A DNA stretch of 64,000 bases. It comes from an uncultured Duncaniella sp. Lineage in GTDB: Bacteria; Bacteroidota; Bacteroidia; Bacteroidales; Muribaculaceae. The notes under the pieces are model-generated. The model ran no database searches. It was not told the origin of the DNA and saw only the letters and a program-made list of their open reading frames with translations. Below are positions 50,596-59,761 of this stretch, piece after piece. The translations under genes and the position numbers were made by a program. The stretch covers positions 5,684-69,683 of the forward strand of contig NZ_CAJTQC010000012.1 in the NCBI RefSeq assembly GCF_910578445.1, read 5' to 3'. Positions within the stretch are counted from its first letter, which is position 1; each line of letters opens with the position of its first letter.

Positions 50596-52629
50596 TTAAG
50601 CTCCGAGGAACTTGTCGACAAGACCCTTGACATGCTCGGTGGTGAAACCGAACTTCTCGTCAAGCACCTTGTAGGGAGCGGAAGCGCCGAAGTGGTCGAG
50701 ACCGAACACCATGCCGTCGGCTCCCACGATTTCGCGGAGTGTCGAGGGAAGGCCTGCGGTGAGACCGAAAGCGGGAACGCCGGGAGTCATGACCGATTTG
50801 CGGTAGTCGGCATCCTGAAGGAAGAAGAGGCCGAGCGAGGGAACTGAAACCACGCGGGCTTTCTTGCCTTCGGCAGCGAGCTTTTCGGCAACCTCGCAGA
50901 GAAGCGACACTTCCGAGCCGTTTGCAACGAGGATCACATCGGGATTCTCAGCCTCGACAACGGTGTAGCCACCCTTGCGGCATCCTGCGTTTGCCTCGGC
51001 AAAGCGGTCGCCTGAAGCGGCGGGAAGGTCGGGGAGATTCTGGCGCGAGAGCACGAGAGCCGAAGGAGTCTTGAAGTTCTCCATAGCCATCGCCCATGCC
51101 ACAGAAGTCTCGGCGGCATCGGCTGGACGAAGCACGAGCATAGAAGGCTCGCCGTTAAAGTTGCGGAGCTCTTCCATGAGGCGGAGTTGGGCTTCCTGCT
51201 CGACGGGTTCATGGGTCGGGCCGTCCTCGCCGACACGGAATGCGTCGTGAGTCCAGATATACTTCACGGGGAGTTCCATGAGGGCTGCCATACGTACTGC
51301 GGGCTTCATGTAGTCGCTGAACACGAAGAATGTGCCGCATGCACCAATGACACCGCCGTGGAGGGCGATACCGTTCATCACGGCTGCCATAGTGAGCTCT
51401 GAAACGCCTGCGTGGAGGAATGCGCCTGAGAAGTCACCGTTGGTAAACGGATGGGTCTTCTTGAGGAATGCGTCGGTCTTGTCGGAGTTTGCAAGGTCGG
51501 CTGAAGAAACAATCATGTTGTTGACCTTCTCGGCAAGCACACCGAGGACATCGGCCGAAGCCTGACGCGATGCGATGTTGGGCTTGTGGGGGATGGCCTT
51601 CCAGTCGATTTCAGGAAGCTCGTTGTTGAGGAATGTGTGGAGTTCCTTGGCGAGTTCGGGGTTTGCGGCTTCCCAAGCGGCCTGCTCGGCACGCTTTGCC
51701 TTGACGATTTCGCGAAGCTCTGCACGGCGTGCGTCGTAGAGCGCCTTCACGTCGTCGAAAATCACCCAAGGATTCTCGGGATCTGCGCCGAGGTTCTTCA
51801 TTGTTGCGGCATAGTCCGCGCCCGAAGCGCTCAGAGGCTGTCCGTGGGTTGAGCACTGGCCCTCGAAGTTAGAGCCGTCAGCCTTAACGACGCCCTTGCC
51901 CATGACTGTATGGCCGATGATGAGGGTCGGACGTTCCTTCTCGCCCTGTGCAGCCACGATGGCTTCGGCGATTTCCTTGGGATCGTTGCCGTTGATTTCA
52001 ATCACATTCCAGTTCCATGCACGGTATTTTGCTGCAACGTCCTCGCAGTCCACAGCGTCGACCATAGTAGAAAGCTGCACACGGTTGCTGTCGTAGAACA
52101 TGATGAGATTGTGGAGACCGAGGTAGCCTGCGAGACGGCCTGCGCCCTGAGAGATTTCTTCCTGAATACCGCCGTCGGAAATGAAAGCGTAGGTCTTGTG
52201 GCTCATCCACTCGCCGAAACGTGCGGTCATGAAACGCTCTGCGATCGCACATCCAACTGCCATAGTGTGGCCCTGTCCGAGAGGACCGGAAGTGTTTTCA
52301 ACGCCACGCTCGGGATGGAGCTCGGGGTGACCGGGAGTCGGAGATCCCCACTGGCGGAACTGTTCGAGCTCAGCCATTGTATAGTGACCGAAGAGGGCGA
52401 GCACGCTGTAGAGCATAGGCGACATGTGACCGGGATCAAGGAAGAAACGGTCACGGCCAAGCCACTTGCCGTCGTCAGGGTCGGTGATGAGGAATTGCGA
52501 GTAGAGCACATTGACAAAGTCAGCGCCTCCCATAGCGCCACCGGGGTGTCCGGATTTTGCTTTTTCAACCATAGAGGCAGCGAGAATACGGATATTGTCG
52601 GCTGCGCGGTTAATTGCTGTCAGATTCAT
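50596..52629 (-). CDS. tkt: Transketolase
   Basis: SGHPGG, RDRF, GHPE, SGPLGQG, SDG..QE, THD...GEDGPTH; TATATTTG box at 52700-52707. Confidence 0.96.
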   Translation of the reverse strand: MNLTAINRAADNIRILAASMVEKAKSGHPGGAMGGADFVNVLYSQFLITDPDDGKWLGRDRFFLDPGHMSPMLYSVLALFGHYTMAELEQFRQWGSPTPGHPELHPERGVENTSGPLGQGHTMAVGCAIAERFMTARFGEWMSHKTYAFISDGGIQEEISQGAGRLAGYLGLHNLIMFYDSNRVQLSTMVDAVDCEDVAAKYRAWNWNVIEINGNDPKEIAEAIVAAQGEKERPTLIIGHTVMGKGVVKADGSNFEGQCSTHGQPLSASGADYAATMKNLGADPENPWVIFDDVKALYDARRAELREIVKAKRAEQAAWEAANPELAKELHTFLNNELPEIDWKAIPHKPNIASRQASADVLGVLAEKVNNMIVSSADLANSDKTDAFLKKTHPFTNGDFSGAFLHAGVSELTMAAVMNGIALHGGVIGACGTFFVFSDYMKPAVRMAALMELPVKYIWTHDAFRVGEDGPTHEPVEQEAQLRLMEELRNFNGEPSMLVLRPADAAETSVAWAMAMENFKTPSALVLSRQNLPDLPAASGDRFAEANAGCRKGGYTVVEAENPDVILVANGSEVSLLCEVAEKLAAEGKKARVVSVPSLGLFFLQDADYRKSVMTPGVPAFGLTAGLPSTLREIVGADGMVFGLDHFGASAPYKVLDEKFGFTTEHVKGLVDKFLGA

Positions 52630-52788
52630 GGGTTTAATTTATATTATTAAAATCGTTAAAGTTTATACATGAAGATTTTTCGGTATGCAGAGAGTAGTGC
52701 AAATATACAAATATTCGTTGAAATAACAGTAGAAAACAGTCAATATGATATAAATAAGAATCTATTTGAGCTATTCACGGTCAATATG

Positions 52789-52823
52789 AAAACGAATTCC
52801 CTGTCGTGACGACAAGGAATTCG
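52789..52823 (-). terminator. Orphan intrinsic terminator-like hairpin with no upstream CDS on that strand
   Basis: CGAATTCC(C)TGTCG/CGACA(A)GGAATTCG; G-U pair and U4 tract when read on minus. Confidence 0.6.
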
Positions 52824-52849
52824 ACACACAATAGTAACAAATAATAGAT

Positions 52850-53400
52850 GCACCGCTTTTCACAAAGAGGATTATCACCTATGCCTTGATTCCGGGATTC
52901 GACGGAATCATATTTTTTCTGCCGGATTCTTCAGGCTTCGGCCAATGTTTCCGCTCCGTCGCGGCAAACGGCAAATAAGGAGGGGGCTTCGGACAGCGAC
53001 ATCGAAATGCGCACATCCTATATGCTCGTTAGTTGAAGCCCCCTGAAAAAGAGAGAAGCCGGAGCAGCGAGCATCCTGCACTGGCCTTCGACGGGGACAT
53101 AGAAACACATCGAAGCCCAAACGGACATCTCATCAGAAAATATCGTTATGGTCAAGCACGACAATTCGTCCTGTAAAGACAGGCGCGATTACGACAGACG
53201 CGACGCACCTCCTGCAATCAAAAGCAGGGGCTGTGACCCGAACACCGTAAAATTTTCCTGCGGAGCACAATGGGGGGATTGTAAGAAGAACCGAACCGGA
53301 CTTGCCGGCTGAATTGTCAGGGCATAGTAAATGAGAGGAAGTAGACAGGAGATCCGCACAATCCTCTTGACGGCGGAATGGAACGTTGCAGTAGAGTCGA
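52850..53400. ncRNA. Candidate large structured non-coding RNA
   Basis: GC-richer ORF-less block within an AT-rich intergenic region; nested long-range helices and many local hairpins; no match recognised to tRNA, tmRNA or RNase P. Confidence 0.5.
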
Positions 53401-53606
53401 GCAGAGTAGATTAGAACTTAATACATATTATATTTATATGTTATATCTGTAGATAGTAATCAGCTTTCGCGTCTTATGTTGAGGTTTTGGTAAATTTATG
53501 TTTATATTAACAAAATCGTCCTTTTCCCAAAGAATGCCCACCCGTCGAGTCAGATTCAGGATGGCAGATGAACAGTCTATCGGTGAAAGTTGACAAAACA
53601 GCGACA

Positions 53607-53645
53607 CAAAATTAAAAAAAATGTTGACGAATTGACAACATTTTT
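53607..53645 (-). promoter_or_regulatory. Minus-strand -7 box with adjacent palindrome
   Basis: TAATTTTG at 53607-53614; inverted repeat AAAAATGTTG/CAACATTTTT at 53617-53645. Confidence 0.5.
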
Positions 53646-53949
53646 AGCGGATAAATTTTTCAAAAAATGAGCTCTCAGCATGCCTGAATGCCTTTTTGAA
53701 GAAAAAACACGAAATTCAAGCGACTTTTGAGTTATTTTTTTCATCTGTCACTCCACTGAAATCTCATTCATGGCAAAAGGGATGAAAAAGCATGCCGGAA
53801 AACATATTTTATAAACAAAGAAAATCAAAAAAGAATCATTAACTTTGCTCAACCATAGTTTTCAACATTTCTGTTTTTACTTAAAGTCAAATTTCTAAGA
53901 TAAAAATTTTAAGTTCATAAATAAAACAAATCTATTCTACCTAAACGTA

Positions 53950-55332
53950 ATGGAAACGACTCCAAAAAACAATGCACGGATAGTGGCCATAGTCGTGATG
54001 TTCTTCATCTACGCCATGATCTCGTTCGTGACCAACCTTGCAGCCCCGATCGGCACGATATGGGGATATCAGTTCGAAGGCAATTCAGTGCTCGGCATGA
54101 TGGGCAACATGATGAACTTCCTTGCCTATCTGTTTATGGGAATCCCGGCCGGCAACATGCTCGTCCGCATCGGCTACAAAAAGACAGCCCTCTGGGCGCT
54201 GGCCGTCGGCGTTGTCGGACTCTTTGTCCAATTCCTTTCGAGCACCGTCGGGACTGAAACCGTGGTTACAACATTCTCGTCGACCAATGCCGAAGGCATT
54301 GCGACCACATTCCCGATTACCCTTAACTTCTTTATCTATCTCCTCGGCGCGTTCATCTGCGGTTTCTGCGTCTGCATGCTCAACACCGTGGTCAACCCGA
54401 TGCTCAACCTCCTCGGCGGAGGCGGCAACCGTGGCAACCAGCTTCTGCAGTTCGGCGGCGCGCTCAACTCTCTTTCGGGCACTCTCACACCTCTCTTCGT
54501 GGGTATGCTCATCGGTGTGCTCAGCAAGCAGACCCAGATCGGAGCTGTCAACCCGCTGCTCTTTCTTGGCATAGGCATCTTTGCCGTGGCTTTTGTCATC
54601 CTTTGCTTCGTCTCTATCCCCGAGCCTAATCTCAGCACCGGCCGTAAGATCAAATACAGCCACTCGCCTTGGAATTTCCGCCATACGGTGCTTGGTGTCA
54701 TCGGTATCTTCTTCTATGTGGGCATCGAAATCGGCATCCCCGGCACTCTTAACTTCTATCTTGCCGACCAGAGCGCAAACGGTGCGGGCGTCGAGGGACA
54801 GGCTTCGGCCATTGCAGGTGCGATTGTTGCCGTCTACTGGCTTTTCATGCTGATCGGACGTACGCTGTCGGGCTTCATCAGCGGTTCGGTTTCGTCGCGC
54901 AGCCAGCTCATCGCAGTGTCGTCGACAGCCATTATCCTCATTATCCTCGCTATCTTCATTCCAAAGACCACTACCTTCCCTGTGCCTGAATTCCTCTATG
55001 AAGGTGGCGCACAAGTGCCTGTGAGCGCATTCCTGCTGATTCTTTGCGGTCTGTGCACATCAATCATGTGGGGCGGTATCTTCAACCTCGCAGTCGAGGG
55101 CCTCGGCAAGTACACAGCTCAGGCTTCCGGTATTTTCATGATGATGGTGGTCGGCGGCGGCGTTATGCCTCTGATTCAAAATGCCATTGCCAAAGCAAGC
55201 GGCTATATGACTTCTTACTGGCTTGTAGTGGCAATGCTTGCCTACCTGCTTTACTACGGCCTTATCGGTAGCAAGAATGTCAACACTGACATTCCTGTAA
55301 ACGAAGAAGCGCCCGATGCGCTGAATCTCTGA
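53950..55332 (+). CDS. MFS sugar permease (FucP/GluP/NagP-like)
   Basis: ~12 TM; 'F.AY.FMGIPAG...RIGYKKT', 'NP', 'FFYVGIE', 'SIMWGGIFNLA', 'M..VGGG'; TAACTTTG at 53840-53847. Confidence 0.85.
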   Translation: METTPKNNARIVAIVVMFFIYAMISFVTNLAAPIGTIWGYQFEGNSVLGMMGNMMNFLAYLFMGIPAGNMLVRIGYKKTALWALAVGVVGLFVQFLSSTVGTETVVTTFSSTNAEGIATTFPITLNFFIYLLGAFICGFCVCMLNTVVNPMLNLLGGGGNRGNQLLQFGGALNSLSGTLTPLFVGMLIGVLSKQTQIGAVNPLLFLGIGIFAVAFVILCFVSIPEPNLSTGRKIKYSHSPWNFRHTVLGVIGIFFYVGIEIGIPGTLNFYLADQSANGAGVEGQASAIAGAIVAVYWLFMLIGRTLSGFISGSVSSRSQLIAVSSTAIILIILAIFIPKTTTFPVPEFLYEGGAQVPVSAFLLILCGLCTSIMWGGIFNLAVEGLGKYTAQASGIFMMMVVGGGVMPLIQNAIAKASGYMTSYWLVVAMLAYLLYYGLIGSKNVNTDIPVNEEAPDALNL

Positions 55333-55390
55333 TAACAGCAAATCACATAATATCCTGTAAGGAGATTTCCGACAAGATATTGATATTGAC

Positions 55391-55430
55391 AAAAAGTCGC
55401 CTCGTCCGTCAGATGACAGACGAGGCGACT
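55391..55430. terminator. Bidirectional terminator
   Basis: 12-bp perfect inverted repeat AGTCGCCTCGTC/GACGAGGCGACT between convergent genes. Confidence 0.8.
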
Positions 55431-55434
55431 GAAT

Positions 55435-55506
55435 TTTTATGTCCACACGAAGCATTTTATGTCTATACGGAGTTTTATGTCCATACGATGTTTTATGTCC
55501 CACGAG
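55435..55506. repeat. Four degenerate 18-20 bp tandem repeats
   Basis: TTTTATGTC core at 55435, 55455, 55473, 55491, each followed by an ACG-containing variable tail. Confidence 0.85.
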
Positions 55507-55522
55507 CCCGGAGAGAGGCGGC

Positions 55523-55813
55523 TCAATCGTTGATGCCATCGTCAAGCGGACTGCGGCGCGACGGGATTTTTGTCGGGCGCGGACGCGTGGATTTTCGCCG
55601 GGATGGCTTTAGGGTCGATGAGCTGCCGGCCGGTTGCCTGCATGAAGCTGTATCCGGTATGGCAATCGTATCGACAGTACACACCGCAGGGGTGGCAATA
55701 GCCTGCTCAGAGGCCTCAAAAGCGTTTCTGACGAGCAGATAGAGTGTCAGGAGTGTCAAGACTATTATAAGCACAAAGAGCCCTCTGCGCTCGCCTGCAG
55801 TGAATCTTCCCAT
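55523..55813 (-). CDS. Small membrane-anchored hypothetical protein
   Basis: MGRFTAGERRG plus one TM helix and a low-complexity basic tail; ATG 55813 preferred. Confidence 0.55.
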   Translation of the reverse strand: MGRFTAGERRGLFVLIIVLTLLTLYLLVRNAFEASEQAIATPAVCTVDTIAIPDTASCRQPAGSSSTLKPSRRKSTRPRPTKIPSRRSPLDDGIND

Positions 55814-55903
55814 AGTGTTATCGGTTTCTATATATAGATTTGTAAAAACGGCTAAGACACAGGAATAACACGATTGTGTGTGTAGCAGAGCCATAAGGTC
55901 TGT

Positions 55904-55950
55904 AAAAAAGGAAATCATCGCCGGAATCCTGAGGAATCCGACGATGATTT
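55904..55950 (-). terminator. Terminator of the alpha operon
   Basis: AAATCATCG...CGATGATTT hairpin with a U-tract on minus just after rplQ. Confidence 0.7.
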
Positions 55951-55983
55951 TCAATTATCCTGTGATATATCTTGCGCGGAAGA

Positions 55984-56442
55984 TTATTCAGCGGCGGGTG
56001 CTTCAGCAGCGTTAGCCTTACCGCCACGACGTGAACGACGGGTGCGGGTTGACTTCTTGGCGCCGTTGTCCTTAAGCATGTTTTCGTTGTAGTCAACGAG
56101 TTCGATGAAGCAAGTCTTGGCGTTGTCACCGAGACGGTTGCCGGTCTTAAGGATGCGGGTGTAACCACCGGGGCGGTTAGCAATCTTCTGAGCGATTTCG
56201 CGGAAGAGTTCAGTCACGGCCTCTTTGTTCTGGAGGTGAGCGAAGACGAGGCGACGGTTGGGAGTGCTGTCTTCCTTAGCGCGGTTGATGAGGGGCTCAG
56301 CATAGACGCGGAGTGCCTTGGCCTTGGCGAGAGTGGTGAAGATGCGCTTGTGCATGATCAGCGAAATCGTCATGTTGGCGAGCAGAGCGTCGCGATGAGC
56401 CTTCTTGCGACTGAGGTGATTGAATTTTTTATTGTGTCTCAT
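55984..56442 (-). CDS. rplQ: 50S ribosomal protein L17
   Basis: MRHNKK...[10 protein letters not shown]. Confidence 0.98.
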   Translation of the reverse strand: MRHNKKFNHLSRKKAHRDALLANMTISLIMHKRIFTTLAKAKALRVYAEPLINRAKEDSTPNRRLVFAHLQNKEAVTELFREIAQKIANRPGGYTRILKTGNRLGDNAKTCFIELVDYNENMLKDNGAKKSTRTRRSRRGGKANAAEAPAAE

Positions 56443-56450
56443 CGTTATAA

Positions 56451-57443
56451 TTACTCTTTATCAAGTTTATATTTTGAAATGTCCATTCCGAACGACAAAT
56501 TGAGGTTGGCAAGGAGCTCATCGAGTTCGGTGAGTGACTTCTTACCGAAGTTACGGAATTTCAGGAGGTCGGTCTTGTTAAAGACCACCAGTTCACCAAG
56601 GGTCTCGACCTCGGCGCTCTTGAGGCAGTTGAGTGCGCGGACAGAGAGGTCCATATCCACGAGCTTGCTCTTGAGGAGCTGGCGCATGTGGAGCACTTCT
56701 TCATCAAATTCTTCTTCACCGTCAGTCTCGTCCGTTTCAAGAGTAATCTTTTCGTCGGAGAAGAGCATGAAGTGATAGATGAGGATTTTTGCTGCTTCCT
56801 TAAGAGCGTCTTTCGGAAGGATTGATCCGTCGGTTGTGATTTCAAGGGTGAGCTTGTCGTAGTCGGTCTTCTGGTCGACACGGAAGTTCTCCACTGTATA
56901 TTTCACGTTCTGGATGGGGGTGTAGATAGAGTCGATAGCGAGGACATCGATTGCATCATTTGCATTGCGGTTTTCCTCGGCGGGAACCCATCCACGCCCT
57001 TTGTTGATGGTAAGATCAATAGTGAAGCTGGCGCTCGGATCCAAATGACAAATCACAAGGTCGGGATTAAGGACTTCGAATCCTGTAAGACCTTTGCTAA
57101 TGTCACCGGCTGTGAACTCTTCCTGACCTGACACAGTGATGGTAGCCTTTTCAAAGTCGGTATCTTCAACCGTCTGCTTAAGGTTGACTTTTTTGAGGTT
57201 AAGAATGATGTTTGTGACATCTTCCTTTACGCCGGGGATAGTGTCAAACTCGTGTCTTACCCCATCGATGCGAATCGACGAGATAGCAAAACCTTCGAGC
57301 GAGGAGAGAAGTATGCGACGCAGGGCGTTGCCAATGGTTATACCATATCCCGGTTCCAATGGCTTAAACTCAAATTTACCGAATTGATTGTCGGCTTCCA
57401 ACATGAGGACTTTGTCGGGTTTCTGGAATGCTAATATAGCCAT
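56451..57443 (-). CDS. rpoA: RNA polymerase subunit alpha
   Basis: [37 protein letters not shown]. Confidence 0.98.
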   Translation of the reverse strand: MAILAFQKPDKVLMLEADNQFGKFEFKPLEPGYGITIGNALRRILLSSLEGFAISSIRIDGVRHEFDTIPGVKEDVTNIILNLKKVNLKQTVEDTDFEKATITVSGQEEFTAGDISKGLTGFEVLNPDLVICHLDPSASFTIDLTINKGRGWVPAEENRNANDAIDVLAIDSIYTPIQNVKYTVENFRVDQKTDYDKLTLEITTDGSILPKDALKEAAKILIYHFMLFSDEKITLETDETDGEEEFDEEVLHMRQLLKSKLVDMDLSVRALNCLKSAEVETLGELVVFNKTDLLKFRNFGKKSLTELDELLANLNLSFGMDISKYKLDKE

Positions 57444-57460
57444 GGATCTTAATTTAATGA

Positions 57461-58066
57461 TTATTTAGAATACAACTCGACGATAAGCTGCTCTTTGATG
57501 TTCTCAGGGATATCTTCACGGGCGGGAACGTGGAGGAACTTACCGGCCTTAAGGCTTTCGTCCCATTCCAGCCAAGGATATTTGCTGTGATTGAAACCGG
57601 CGAGTGCGTCGGCAATTACTTCGAGAGACTTTGATTTTTCGCGTACACCGATAACATCACCGGGCTTAACTGCATAAGAAGCGATGTTAACCACCTTGCC
57701 GTTAACGACGATGTGGCGGTGAAGCACGAGCTGGCGGGCTGCTGCACGGGTGGGAGCGATTCCGAGACGATAAACTACGTTGTCGAGACGGCCTTCAAGA
57801 AGCTGAAGGAGGATCTCACCGGTGATACCCTTAGCGCGCGATGCTTTGTCGAAAAGGTTGTGGAACTGCTTTTCAAGCACGCCGTAGGTGTATTTTGCTT
57901 TCTGCTTTTCGCGAAGCTGGACACCGTATTCAGAAGTTTTTCTTCTCTTGTTGAGTCCGTGCTGGCCCGGGGGATAGTTTTTCTTGGCGAGGACTTTATC
58001 TTCACCGAAGATGGGTTCGCCAAATTTACGGGCGATTTTGGTGCGGGGACCTGTGTATCTTGCCAT
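57461..58066 (-). CDS. rpsD: 30S ribosomal protein S4 (cysteine-free form)
   Basis: [32 protein letters not shown]. Confidence 0.98.
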   Translation of the reverse strand: MARYTGPRTKIARKFGEPIFGEDKVLAKKNYPPGQHGLNKRRKTSEYGVQLREKQKAKYTYGVLEKQFHNLFDKASRAKGITGEILLQLLEGRLDNVVYRLGIAPTRAAARQLVLHRHIVVNGKVVNIASYAVKPGDVIGVREKSKSLEVIADALAGFNHSKYPWLEWDESLKAGKFLHVPAREDIPENIKEQLIVELYSK

Positions 58067-58084
58067 TTTTGTGTTTGTTTGAAA

Positions 58085-58141
58085 TTGTCTGTCTCAGATT
58101 CCTTGAGTTCCGAACGCGACAGGCTTTCGTGACAGCCGCGA
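58085..58141 (-). promoter_or_regulatory. Candidate rpsD leader RNA structure
   Basis: CGCG-GCT...AGCC..CGCG and CTCA/TGAG hairpins immediately upstream of rpsD. Confidence 0.45.
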
Positions 58142-58384
58142 CCATAGAGAGGTGAAAAAAAATATGGTCTATTTCACTAATAGCCGGTCACCGGGGGTCG
58201 GACCGGGATGATATCTGGCATCATTCCTTGGTTAAGAATCCTTTGCGGAGACTGCGGGGAATCGGGACTAATGTAAAATTGATGAATCAAAATTTACTTT
58301 TATGTTCAGCATGCAATCGGCTTCTCAAATAATCGTATGAAAGTTAAGAGCGGGAAGCGTTGATGCTGACAGCGGTGAAGCGTA

Positions 58385-58774
58385 TTATACGCGACGACGC
58401 TTGGGAGGACGGCATCCGTTGTGGGGAAGCGGAGTTACGTCAACGATTTCAGTAACTTCGATGCCTGCACCGTGAACTGTACGGATAGCTGATTCGCGAC
58501 CGTTACCGGGACCTTTGACATAGGCCTTCACCTTGCGGAGACCGAGGTCATAGGCAACTTTCGCACAGTCCTGAGCTGCCATCTGAGCAGCGTAGGGAGT
58601 GTTCTTCTTAGAGCCACGGAATCCCATCTTGCCTGCAGAGGACCATGAGATAACCTGACCTTCAGAGTTGGCTAAGCACACAATGATGTTGTTGAAAGAC
58701 GAGTGAACGTGAAGCTGACCGGCGGCGTCGACCTTAACGTTTCTTTTCTTAGCTGCGACTGTCTTTTTTGCCAT
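58385..58774 (-). CDS. rpsK: 30S ribosomal protein S11
   Basis: SFNN, STPY-like [26 protein letters not shown]. Confidence 0.98.
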   Translation of the reverse strand: MAKKTVAAKKRNVKVDAAGQLHVHSSFNNIIVCLANSEGQVISWSSAGKMGFRGSKKNTPYAAQMAAQDCAKVAYDLGLRKVKAYVKGPGNGRESAIRTVHGAGIEVTEIVDVTPLPHNGCRPPKRRRV

Positions 58775-58783
58775 GTTGATTTA

Positions 58784-59164
58784 TTATTTAGTAGCTTTTT
58801 TCTTGTTAGCAACAGTTTTCTTGCGACCCTTGCGAGTACGGGCGTTGTTCTTGGTGCTCTGGCCACGCACGGGGAGACCGTTACGATGACGGATGCCACG
58901 GTAGCAACCGATGTCCATGAGACGCTTGATGTTGAGCTGGATTTCGCTGCGAAGGTCACCCTCCACCTTGTAATCGCTGCCGATTACTTCGCGAACCTTG
59001 GCTGCCTGATCGTCGCTCCAGTCCTTAACCTTGATATTCACGTCCACGCCAGCCTTTCCAAGGATTGTCTTGGCTGCGCTGCGTCCGATACCAAAAATAT
59101 AGGTCAGGGCGATTTCACCTCTTTTGTTTTGGGGGAGGTCAACTCCCACGATTCTTACTGCCAT
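58784..59164 (-). CDS. rpsM: 30S ribosomal protein S13
   Basis: [39 protein letters not shown] promoter at 59197-59204. Confidence 0.98.
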   Translation of the reverse strand: MAVRIVGVDLPQNKRGEIALTYIFGIGRSAAKTILGKAGVDVNIKVKDWSDDQAAKVREVIGSDYKVEGDLRSEIQLNIKRLMDIGCYRGIRHRNGLPVRGQSTKNNARTRKGRKKTVANKKKATK

Positions 59165-59324
59165 ATAATAATTTGATTACTTGACTAAAATTTTTGCAAA
59201 GGTAATACTTTTTTGCTGACTGCGAAGCGGTTGAGCGACTATTTAAAACACTTATTAGGAATCATTGAGAAATATTAACTAATAGGAGTCTATAATAGAG
59301 CTATCCGCTTCGCCGGACAGCTCA

Positions 59325-59441
59325 TTAGCCTTGACGCTGCTTGTATTTGGGGTTTTTCTTGTTGATGACGTAAAGACGTCCCTTGCGGCGCACGATTTTG
59401 CTATCGGGAGTGCGCTTTTTAACAGAAGCTCTTACTTTCAT
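59325..59441 (-). CDS. rpmJ: 50S ribosomal protein L36 (zinc-free type), missing from the ORF track
   Basis: Manual translation [38 protein letters not shown]. Confidence 0.96.
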   Translation of the reverse strand: MKVRASVKKRTPDSKIVRRKGRLYVINKKNPKYKQRQG

Positions 59442-59506
59442 TGCTTATCAGTGTATTGAAGATGATTATTGTTTCTTTTGATGATTTTGGGAGATTCCTC
59501 GCCGGA

Positions 59507-59725
59507 TTATTTGTAGCGGAAGGCGATGCGTCCCTTCGAAAGGTCGTAGGGCGACATTTCGACTTTCACTTTGTCGCCGGGAAGAATCTTGATGTAATGC
59601 ATGCGCATCTTGCCTGAAATGTGGGCTGTGATTTCATGACCGTTTTCAAGTTCGACACGGAACATAGCATTCGATAATGCTTCGACGATAGTGCCGTCAA
59701 GTTCGATTGCTGCCTGTTTTGCCAT
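59507..59725 (-). CDS. infA: Translation initiation factor IF-1
   Basis: MAKQ...[28 protein letters not shown]. Confidence 0.98.
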   Translation of the reverse strand: MAKQAAIELDGTIVEALSNAMFRVELENGHEITAHISGKMRMHYIKILPGDKVKVEMSPYDLSKGRIAFRYK

Positions 59726-59761
59726 ATCTGTGATTTTGGTTTCAACAATTGATTTTAAATG

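Noticed and set aside
52882..52910. tmRNA-like 5' motif (GATTCCGGGATTCGACGG)
   Set aside because: No GGGG acceptor start and no downstream T-arm/CCA end; the motif sits in its own local hairpin
52908..53120. 70-aa minus-strand ORF in the intergenic region
   Set aside because: TTG start, no recognisable motif, overlaps strong RNA helices; likely spurious
54085..55014. 309-aa minus-strand ORF, and similar ones at 42716-43534, 49421-50299 and 59759-60616
   Set aside because: Antisense to well-supported genes; no motifs
55435..55506. Possible mini-CRISPR array
   Set aside because: Repeat core 9 bp and spacers ~9-11 bp are far too short; no cas genes
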